Assembly: GCF_006345805.1 (NCBI RefSeq)
Contig: NC_042998.1
Coordinates: 88,536,001-88,600,000, forward strand
DNA: 64,000 nt
Source of the DNA: Octopus sinensis
Taxonomy: Eukaryota
Direction: 5' to 3'
Positions 31,991 through 42,110 of the stretch are shown here, piece after piece. Numbering within the stretch: the first letter of the stretch is position 1; the number at the start of each line of letters is the position of its first letter. A program made the position numbers and the translations under genes. The notes beneath the pieces are model-generated. The model had not been told where the DNA came from. It did no database searches and was given only the letters and a program-made list of their open reading frames with translations.

Positions 31991-32228
31991 ACACATATGA
32001 GTTTTCCAAACATCCTAGGGGGTGAGGCTACACTCATGAAGTATCGAAGAGAGTTCTATGAAAGGCAAAGTTAGACTGTAAGCAGACTTCAAATGTTCTC
32101 TAATGATGTGCATCATTAGAGAACATTTGAAGTCTGCTTACAATCTAACTTTGCCTTTCATAGAACTCTCTTCGATACTTCATGAGTGTAGCCTCACCCC
32201 CTAGGATGTTTGGAAAACTCATATGTGT

Positions 32229-32317
32229 TTTGGCTGATGAATACGGGACACTTGTATTTGCTGCAATATTTGCAGCTTTTAATAAAGCTGTTCTTCGTAT
32301 GAAACAATTGTACTGAA
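32229..32317 (+). ncRNA. Type-I hammerhead ribozyme motif (right arm of the palindrome)
   Basis: CTGATGA at 32234-32240; stem II ATACG/CGTAT at 32241-45/32296-300; GAAA at 32301-04; palindromic stem III ACAATTGT; GTA cleavage triplet at 32310-12; stem I TTTGG/CTGAA with two G-U pairs. Confidence 0.75.
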
Positions 32318-32476
32318 TAACTAATCCATTCTTGTTGCTTTTTTCTTGTTTATATATATATGTATATATATATAATTTTTTTTTTTAATATGATAAAAAA
32401 CCAGGGGTGTGTCAATTTTAGAACATTTATAGATAGAATATCTTACAGCTGTTTCCAGGACGTTAAACGATGATGA

Positions 32477-32519
<43 letters not shown>

Positions 32520-32659
32520 CATACACACGCATATATATATATACACACACATACATATACATATATATATATACATCCATACACACACATATATATATAT
32601 ACATCCATACACACACATATATATATACATGCATACATACATAATATATATATATATAC

Positions 32660-32671
32660 ATACATACCTAC

Positions 32672-32715
<44 letters not shown>

Positions 32716-32720
32716 TATTA

Positions 32721-32751
<31 letters not shown>

Positions 32752-32782
32752 TATAATATATATATATATATATAATATATAT

Positions 32783-32839
<57 letters not shown>

Positions 32840-32891
32840 TATATAATATATATATATATATATAATATATATATTATAATATATATATAAT

Positions 32892-32946
<55 letters not shown>

Positions 32947-32973
32947 ATATATATATATATTATATATATATAT

Positions 32974-33021
<48 letters not shown>

Positions 33022-33050
33022 TATATATTACATACATATATATATATAAT
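32660..33050. repeat. Degenerate (TA)n array. Similar arrays lie at 3620-3720, 6280-6410, 11860-11915, 12150-12290, 15440-15840, 16320-16665, 26400-26515 and 30990-31230.
   Basis: Visible directly in the sequence. Confidence 0.97.
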
Positions 33051-33129
33051 AACAATTTAATAAATAAAACATATGCATATATACATACATATATGTATAA
33101 ACCTACATCTATATGTATATATACATGCA

Positions 33130-33590
33130 TATATGAGTACAGGACACCACAAATAAACGTAGAACACGAGAAACGAAAACATAAAATCAAACATGGAAAC
33201 AGACTTTTTTTTAACAACGAAAAAACAGAGTACAGGACAAACAATACAAGGAAAATTCCCCTTCATCAGCTGCCCCTGGTTCAACTCAATGCGTGTTTCA
33301 AAGGTAAGGGCAGAACACGATCCGGACGAAGCAGTCCTTCCTGCAAAAGGAATTAAATAAAATTCTTTTGCAGAGGGGTAAAACAAGTGACAAGAACAGG
33401 ACGTAAAAGCAATACAAATGAAGAAAAAACAGTACAAATAAGGAATAACAGGACAAGGAAACCAACAATAAGGGCTTTTTTTTTAAGCCTAGACAGTGGA
33501 AAAATTCGTTAGAACCCATTCTGAAAAATCAGCTTGCGGAAGACAGAAGTCGATGTTGGCTTGTTGAAAGCAGCGGGATATATATATATA
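33130..33590 (-). mobile_element. Interspersed repeat, possibly a Penelope-like terminal region
   Basis: GC-richer island with CTGATGA and GAAAC motifs and T-rich tracts on the minus strand, between TA arrays. Family assignment is uncertain. Confidence 0.35.
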
Positions 33591-33598
33591 TATATATA

Positions 33599-36445
33599 TC
33601 ATCATCATCATCATCATCATCGTTTAGCGTCCGTTTTCCATGCTAGCATGGGTTGGACGGTTCTACTGGGGTCTGTGAAGCCAGAAGGCTTCATCAGGCC
33701 CAGTCAAGTCTGGCAGTGTTTCTACGGCTGGATGCCCTTCCTAACGCCAACCACTCCGTGAGTGTAGTGGGTGCTTTTTACGTGCCACCCGCACTGGTGC
33801 CAGACAGAGCTGGCAAACGGCCACGAACGGATGGTGCTTTTTATGTGCCACCGGCACGAGGGCCAGGCGAGGCTGGCAACGGACACGAAACGGGGCGGTG
33901 CTGGCAACGGTCGCGAAACGGAATGTTCTCTTACATGCCACCGGCACTGGTAACACATCTGCAATTCCATTGATCGATTTCCATTGATCGATTCCATTGA
34001 TCGATTTCGATTCTGATCGTCACTTGCCTCAACGGGTCTTCACAAGCAGAGTTTTGACATGCCACCGGCACTGGTAGCACATCCGCAATTTCCATTGATC
34101 GATTTCGATTCTGATCCTCACTTGCCTCATCACGTCTTCACAAGTAGAGTTTTGTGTCCCAAGAAGGGAAGGTATGCATACGTAGGCTGGCTCCATCCCA
34201 TGTAGAAGGCCACGGGTTATGGACTCACTTGTCCTGCCGGGTCTTCTCGCGCACAGCACACTTCCAGAGGTCTCGGTCTCTAGTCATTTCCTCAGTGAGA
34301 CCTAAAGTTCGAAGGTCGTGCTTCACCACCTCGTCCCAGGTTTTCCTGGGTCTGCCTCTTCCACAGGTTCCCTCAACCGCTAGGGTGTGGCACTTTTTCA
34401 CACAACTATCTTCATCCATTCTCGCCACATGACCTATACCAGCGCAAACGTCTCTCTTGCACACCACAACTGATGCTTCTTAGGTCCAGCTTTTCTCTCA
34501 AGGTACTTACACTCTGCCGAGTGTGAGTACCGGCATTACACATCCATCGGAGCATACTGGCTTCATTTCTAGCGAGCTTACGCATATCCTCAGCAGTCAC
34601 GGCCCATGTTTCACTGCCATGTAGCATGGCTGTTCGTACACACGCATCATACAGTCTGCCTTTCACTCTGTGCGAGAGGCCTTTTGTCACCAGTAGAGGT
34701 AAGAGCTCTCTGAACTTTGCCCAAGCTATTCTTACTCTAGCAGTTACACTTTCAGCACACCCGCCCCCGCTGCTGACTTGGTCACCTAGGTAACGGAAAC
34801 TATCAACTATTTCTAGTTTTTCTCCCTGGAAAGTGACGGAAGTTTGTCTCAGAGCATTTTCAGTGTTTATGTTCCTGAGCATCTGCCACATACAAAAACC
34901 ATCTTCCTAGTTAGCCTTCCTTTGACATTGCTGCATCTCTTATGTGTCCATAGCTTACACTTGGTGCATCTTATAGAGTTTCTACCTACACCTTTTCTAC
35001 AGATCGAGCAGGGCCATCTACCTGAAGGTGTTTGTGATTTGTCTACCTTCCTACTGATTACGACTTTGGTTTTAGCTAGATTGACTCTGAGGCCCTTCGA
35101 TTCTAATCCTTGTTTCCCCACACCTGAAACTTCTCCTCCAGTTCTGATAGCGACTCAGCAATTAGAGCAAGGTCATCAGCATAGAGGAGCTCCCAAGGGC
35201 ATCCTGTCTTGAATTCCTCCGTTATTGCCTGGAGGACTATGATAAATAGGAGGGGGCTGAGTACTGAGCCTTGGTGGACTCCTACCTCTACCCGGAATTC
35301 TTCACTGTACACATTTCCAACCCTCACCCTACTAGCGGCGTCCCTGTACATGGCCCGCACAGCTCTCACTAACCATTCATCTATCCCTAGTTTCCTCATT
35401 GCCCACCAGATAAGGGATCGGGGGACCCTGTCGAAGGCTTTCTCCATGTCAACAAAAGCCAGGTACAGGGGCTTATCTTTGGCTAGGTATTTCTCCTGCA
35501 GCTGCCTTACCAGGAATATAGCATCAGTAGTACTTTTCCCTGGCACAAACCCAAACTGCATCTCATCTAAACTAACTCTCTCTCTAATTAGTTGGGCTAT
35601 GACCCTCTCCATAACCTTCATCACCTGGTCCAACAGCTTGATACCTCTGTAGTTATTTGTATCTAGGGCATCACCTTTACCTTTGTAGCAGTTGACTATT
35701 ATACTGCTACACCAGTCATTGGGTATGACCCCTTTGTGTATCACCTGATTAACTATACGGGTGACTAGGCTATAGCCGACACTACCAGACATTTTGAGCA
35801 TCTCTGCAGTGATTCCTGATGGGCCTGGGGCTTTCCCTGTCTTCATGCTTATAATTGCCTTAGCTACCACGGAACTATCAACTCGGATAGCTGGTCCCTC
35901 TGTTGGGTCAACATTCGGCAGACTCTCTTTATCCCATTCATTTTCTTCATTCAGCAACCTTTCATAGTGGCATCTCCAAACCTCTCTCTTTGCATCCTCA
36001 TTTAGCGCAAGTGAACCATCTTCCATACGAACACACTTCTCTCCTACCACATCACGATTCTCTCTCACACACTGTCTTGCAACACGAAACACCTCCAGTC
36101 TTTGGTCCTCACGGCGCAGAACATTGGCAAATTTTTTCTTATCTGCTTCCCCTCTGGCTAAATAAACCTGTCTCCTAGCTTCACTTTTGGCAGTCTGATA
36201 CAATCCCCCGCTACCCCCATTTTTCCAGACCTTCCAAGCCTGTCTCTTTTCTCTAATAGCCCTGTCTACAATATTGTTCCACCACCACGTTATTCTAGGT
36301 CGAGAGGGGACTTTGCACCAGCCACAGATCTGGTCAGTGGCTCTCAGCAGGTTGTCCCTTAGAAACGTCCAGCTGTCTTCTACCCCCTGTGATGCTCTAT
36401 CCCCTTCTACTTCGTCAGAGGCTTCAAGTAATATGTCCCTAAATT
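33599..36445 (-). mobile_element. 5'-truncated RTE-clade LINE with RT, a PHD-like Cys/His finger, the C-terminal domain, 3' UTR and (GAT)n tail
   Basis: ORF 35103-36440 has RT motifs (KGKGDALD, YRGIKLL, QFGF.PG.STTDAIF, FVDMEKAFDRV, GVHQGSVLSP, LYADDLAL). Frameshifted continuations follow (CSICRKGVG..CTKCKLWTHKRC; YLGD; MLHGSETW). The tail catcatcat is at ~33599-33620. Confidence 0.95.
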
Positions 36446-36475
36446 GTATATGTATATATATACATATACATATAC

Positions 36476-36516
<41 letters not shown>

Positions 36517-36765
36517 GAGGTGTGTGGCTTAGTGGTTAGGGTGTCAGCATCATGATCGTAAGATTGTGGTTTTGATTCCTGGACCAGGCGATGCGTTGTG
36601 TTCTTGAGCAAAACACTTATTTCACATTTTGCTCCAGTCTACTCAGCTGGCAAAAATGAGTAACGCTGTGATGGACTAGCGTCCCATCCAGCTGGGGAAC
36701 ACATACGCCATAGAAACCAAGAAACTGAGCCCATGAGCCTGGCTAGGCTTTAAAATGGCGGATTT

Positions 36766-36770
<5 letters not shown>
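36517..36770 (+). mobile_element. tRNA-derived SINE (family B). Other copies lie at ~36984-37330, 43183-43330, 46390-46545 (-), 46633-46870 and 54640-54950.
   Basis: Pol III A/B-box-like head tggcttagtggttagggtg...ggttttgattcctgg, followed by ttgtgttcttgagcaa(a/g)acactt. Confidence 0.8.
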
Positions 36771-36836
<66 letters not shown>

Positions 36837-38301
36837 GACACCGTGACCGACCAGGCTATCAGATGTTACTACATATCACTGGTCACAATGCGCTTCGCAT
36901 TGTTTTAGCCTTCAAATGACGCCACCCCGCTGGGTAAGCGAGCAGGCCAATATATATATATATATATATATATATACAAATGTGAAGGCACATGGCTCAG
37001 TAGTTAGAGCATTAGACTCACAATCATGAGGTAGTGAGTTTGATTCCTGGACTGGGCTGTGCATTGTGTTCTTGAGCAAGACACTTTATTTCACGTTACT
37101 CTAGTTCACTCAGCTGTAGAAATGAATTGCAATGTCACTGGTGCCAGACCATATTGGACTTTGCCTTTTCCTAGTATAACCTCAGTGACATGGAGAGGAG
37201 AGGTTGGTATGCATGAGTGACTACAGGTCTTCCATAAACAACCTTGTCCAGACTTATGCTTTGGAGAGGAACTTTCTAGGTGCAATCCCATGATCATTCT
37301 TGACCAAAAGGGTTCTTTACCCTTTTTATATACACACATATGTACATTATATATTAGTATTTAAAAGCAGAAGTAATTTGATTGTTAATTCATTTTTGAT
37401 GTTGGCTTAGGCTGGATGAGTATTTATTTCAGATAGTAAAGACAGGTGCACCTTTTGTTGCCAAAGTACAACCATTTTACAAGAAAGAAATTTTTTATAC
37501 CAAAATTTTGAGATTGCAGAACTTTAGGATGTAATGTTCACTAGAAGTGTAAACATAACATCCTCATTTTTTTCTGCTCTGACAATTTCATATGAAGAAC
37601 TAAAAATTATAACCTATACACACACATGCATAAATGTATGTATACTCAATGGGCTTCCATGCAGTTTCCATTTACCATTTCTGCTGAAAAGGCATTGGTC
37701 AGCCTGAGGCAGTAGCAGAGGTCACTTGCCAAGTTTGCGTTACAGTAGAATCGTACTGAAAATCATATGAGGTTGCCATGCAAATTTCATAACTGCACAG
37801 TCATGAAGAAGCCCTAAATTCTGCAATTGAAATAGTATCTTAATCTTAAGAATGTTTAAGGCCAAGGGGATATAACTTATGTCCAGACCTGAGCTTCACA
37901 GCCCATACTCTTTAAACCACACGGTCTACAAACAAAATTCATGTAAAATGATTTATGAAAAACAATTTGACAGAAACACACGAACTACAGCTATTACTCA
38001 AAATTGACACGTCTTCATTTTAATTCCAGTCTTGCACTTTGGTGTACTAGTTTTTCCTTTTATGCAGTACATCCTTCCACGTCCAATCTGAGAAGCATAA
38101 ACATCACCCTCCCACCAATAATTTGTCTTCAAATTGCCCAATCAGTCAACTGATTCCAAATCATCTTCAGGCTACATTTGATTGAATTCCCAGTCATCCT
38201 CAACTAAATAGTTTTATTCCTGCTGTACTTTTATAGTTTGTGAACATCCTACACCTTTGTGTTTCACTTGAGACAGGTCAGGCTGTGGTGAAATATTAGT
38301 T

Positions 38302-39181
38302 TGAGGTGGTATCAAAAACTTACCAAACTAGTTCTGTAGTGTGCAAGCAAATGGCAACACACAGTCGTGTGCAGTGAGAGCGAATAGGGATCTTCATGAG
38401 TCAGTGTGCCAAGTAACATCACTGTGTTTACTTCACAAGTTGTGAAATTTGTGTTTTTGTGATCACATGTATGCTGTAGTCTGCAATTTTTGTCATGGAC
38501 AGGAAGATAAAACAAAAAGCCAACAAGAAATTTTATGCTTTGGGAAGCTTATGGCAATGAGGCAATGGATCCTATGTAATGTTTTGAGTGGCATGGGTAC
38601 TTCAAAAGTGAAAGAACTTCCTTGAAAGACAATGAGTGATCTGGAAGACCTACCATGAGTGTCATCCCTTGAAATGTGGAGAAATTCATCAGCTTGTGCA
38701 TGAGGATATTTTGGAGGACAGTCGATAATGTTTTGAAGTGTTTGAGAGAAGACATTTAGCAAAAATGACTGGATCTTTGGGATACAAAGAATTGGATTCT
38801 TCATGATGACAATACTCCCTGTCACTGAGCTCCCCTCACTCGTGAGTTTCTCAATAAAAACAACATACTATTGCTTCTGCACCTGCCCTATTCACCAGGT
38901 TTAGCATCTGTCGAATTTAATCTCTTCCCCAATGTGAAAATGCAGCTCAAAGGTTGCTGTTTAAACACAGTTGTCAAGATCAAGAGTGAATAATCACAGA
39001 AGGTCCTTGACTCATTTAAAGAAAACGACTTCGAGGCTGGATTCCAAAAATGACAGAAATACTGGGACTGGTGTATTGCTGCACAAGGTGACTATTTCGA
39101 AGGAGATGATATTAAAATTTAGGTAAATAACTTGATTTTTATGAATCATAACAAGTCTGGGAACTTTTTGATACCACCACA
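38302..39181 (+). mobile_element. Internally deleted mariner element
   Basis: TIRs tgaggtggtatcaaaaac and gaactttttgataccacc; remnants WILHDDNTPCH, HLPYSPGLAS.EF.LFP and YWDWCIAAQGDYFEGD. Confidence 0.85.
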
Positions 39182-39959
39182 TAGCTAGAAGGTGGAAGAA
39201 ACCTGTCATATATATAACACTATGTATAAGATTTATGATGTACATACAAATGTAGAATAGCACCAGCTGCAATATTTTGTCTCAGAGAAACTTCAAAAAA
39301 AGATTTGTACATGAAAAAAAAAAGGGTCCCTCATATCACCAGACATGCAGTTTTGACCTCATTTGGTGTCTTTAAGTAATGAACATCCCTAGATGTTCTG
39401 AACAAAGCTGAAAAATATTTTACTAGTAAAGAAATGAGTAAACAAAGCATTTTGTGAAAAAGCTGGCTGGGCTAGAACTAAATAAGTATATAATCTTTAA
39501 ACAGATTTCTTTTATAAACCATAAGTACCAACTTCCTTTAATAAGAAGAAGGAAAAGATTTATGACATGTGCACAAGACCCTAAATTTACTGCAAGGAAT
39601 ATAGATGATTTTATTGATTCCAATTTTCAATATGAGTGGGAAATACATGAGCAGCAGAGAGGCAGTTCCAGAGGGTCAATGTTCTGGAAGGAAGGAATGA
39701 GTGCAATGACTAGCACAGGACGGGAGATAGGGTGGAGTAGGACACAGCAAGAATAATGAGGTAGAGAAACAAGTGCAATATTGGTATTAGATTCCTAGTT
39801 CTAGATAAAATATCAATTTTAAGATGTTTCTGTCCCAATTTTCATTTAATCTCATTTTGAGAGACATGCTAATGAGTGTTCATGTGTTTTGGCAGTGGAG
39901 TGCTGAAAAAGACACAAGTTATCTCCCCATGCTCATGGTTATTAGTGCTAAGTAGTATT

Positions 39960-40680
39960 TGATGCTGATGGCCTTGCTCTTATAACAGAACTAGAAAAGA
40001 AATTCCAGGTGTGGAAGCAAAAGCTGGAATCAAAAGGGAACCATAAGGTTAACAAAGCAAAAACTAAGGTTCTAGATAGAAAAAAATGGACAGGACCCTT
40101 CTTCCATTAAGAAAATGGCCCTGCTTGATATGCAGAAAAGGTGTAGGCAGGAATTCCATATGATGTACCCAGTGCAAGCTGTGGACACACAAGAGGTGCA
40201 GTGGAATAATAGGAAGGTTATCAGAGAAGGTAGTGTTTATGTGGAAGATGCACAGGAGCCATAAAAACTAGATACTCAGGAAATCAATTTTCTCAAATGC
40301 CTTGGAGGCTCTGGAGAGATAGTGAACCTTGTCTACTACCTAGAGGACCAAATTAGCAGAGAAGGATGTACTGAGAGTGTAATAGCTAGAATAAAAATAG
40401 GATGAAGAAAATTCACAGTATGATGCATGTATATGAACAGTAATGCTACATGGTAGTAAGATGTGGGCCCTGAATGCAAAAGACATGCGAAGGCAGGCTA
40501 GAGAGGAATGAAGTTAATATGATCTGCTGGAGATGCAATGTCAGTGCATCTTTTTTTGAGAGAAAAGTTGAGCATAAGGGGAGTTAGATGAAGTGAGCAA
40601 GACAAATGACTGCACTGGTGTGGTAATGAGATGTGTATGGATGGAGACAGTTGCATACAGAAGTGCTGAATACCTACAAA
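39960..40680 (+). mobile_element. Decayed RTE RT/zinc-finger/C-terminal fragment
   Basis: Similar to the 34.9-35.2 kb RTE segment (ELEKKFQVWKQKLESKG, gcaagctgtggacacacaagaggtgcag), with many stops. Confidence 0.75.
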
Positions 40681-40914
40681 CTTTAAAGCCAGTCAATGCC
40701 CCAAACAAAGGCACAGTCTAATAACCGAAACTAAGCTCATTTGCACTCTGTCATTCAAGTACACTAGCATTATATATCCAGTGGAGCATGCTAACTTCAT
40801 TTCTTACCAACCTTTGCACAACTTTAATGTATACAGAGATCATGTCTCACAACCATAGCTAAAGTCAACTTCATTTGAAAAGCACATGAACGTAAAATAT
40901 TTTTTAAATTGTTG

Positions 40915-41050
40915 GAGTGGGCGTGTGGTAAGAAGCTTGCCTCCCAACCACATAGTTCTGGGTTCAGTCCTACTGCATGGCAGCTAGGGCCAACGAAAGC
41001 ATTGTGAGTGGATTTGGTAGACGGAAACTGGAAGACGCCCATCGTGTGTG

Positions 41051-41105
<55 letters not shown>

Positions 41106-42110
41106 TTGTGTGTCTGTGTTTGAAGAAGTTCCAGACACCCAGCTGAATACTTGACAGACATTGACTTTGCTGACAACATCACTCTTATCAGTGATTCTCT
41201 CTCCAATGCCCAGTCTCTTTTACAATCTCTCGAACAAGCCTCAAATTGTGTAGGTCTTTACCTCAATGAGGCCAAGACTGAATATATAAACAAGTGCCTG
41301 TCCAACAGTGATTGCATCATCCATACTCTCAACAATGCACCCTTAAATATGGTTTCTGATTACAAATATCTTGGGTCATACATATCATCATCTGGAAAAG
41401 ATTTTCTAACTAAAAAGGGTATGGCCTGGTCAGCCTGTAATGACATGCATAAGATCTGGTCATCAAATCTAAGTAGAGACTCCAAACTTGAAATCTTCAA
41501 AGCCACAGTCGAACCAATTCTACTATATGGCTCAGAAACCTGGACATTATCAAAGAAGCTTGAGAGGCGGTTGGATGGAACCTATACTCGCCTCCTTATG
41601 AGAGCTCAAAATCTCTCATGGAAGCGTCATCCAACCAAAATGCAAATATATGGGAAACTACCACCTGTGTCATCTCTTGTGAAAGGTAGGAGAGTCCAGT
41701 TTGCTGGACATTGTTGTAGAGCTGAAAACGAGGCAATTTCTACTCTTCTCTGGAAACCATCTGCTCGCAATACCAGAGGGCACACACTCTCCTACCCTTA
41801 TGTAATCTCCAGGGATACAGGCATCCAGCAACAGGACCTCCGTAATACTATGATGGACCGTGAAGTCTGGAGTAGCATGGTAAATTCCATTGTCTCAACC
41901 ACGGTCGAACAATGATGATTGTTCCCCCATCATCGCTTGACAACCGATGTTAGTGTGTTTAGGTTCTTGTTACTTAGCGGTTCCACAAAATAGACCGATA
42001 GAATAAGTACTGGGCTTACAAAGAATAAATCCTGGGGTCGATTTGTTAAACTAAAGGCAGTGCTCCAACATGGCTGCAGTCAAATGGCTGAAACAAGTAA
42101 AAGAAAAAAA
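40915..42110 (+). mobile_element. SINE (family C) split by the LINE at 41123-41918. Related copies lie at ~37620-37810, 42430-42590, 47330-47450 and 58270-58440 (all -).
   Basis: Head gtgtggtaagaagcttgcctcccaaccacatagttctgggttcagtcc, and tail ...ggggtcgatttg...gcagtcaaatggctgaaacaagtaaaaga. Confidence 0.75.
41123..41918 (+). mobile_element. 5'-truncated RTE/RTEX-like LINE with an uninterrupted 254-codon C-terminal ORF, inserted into a SINE
   Basis: DIDFADNI, GLYLNEAKTEY, YKYLGS, VEPILLYGSETWT, LDGTYTRLL, FAGHC, MMDREVW; (TGA)2 tail. The flanks gtctgtgtttg and ttgttccccc join up as a continuous SINE body. Confidence 0.88.

Larger units (their letters stand above)
31865..32354. repeat. 490-bp near-perfect palindrome (244-bp arms, 2-nt loop), probably an inverted pair of Penelope-like pseudo-LTRs or retrozyme monomers
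   Basis: The left arm starting tataaacaagaaaaaagc is the reverse complement of the right arm ending gcttttttcttgtttata. The centre is atgatg-tg-catcat at 32109/32110. I saw only two mismatches, both transitions. Confidence 0.97.

Noticed and set aside
33240-33310. CTGATGA and GAAAC motifs on the minus strand (second hammerhead candidate)
   Set aside because: The hairpin after CTGATGA is not followed by GAAA, and no stem III/NUH/stem I arrangement could be built.
27971-39181. Two mariner derivatives are both ~880 bp
   Set aside because: They have different TIRs and different deleted segments, so the similar size is probably coincidence.
39454-39756. 100-aa plus-strand ORF
   Set aside because: No motifs; it grades into a decayed RTE fragment.
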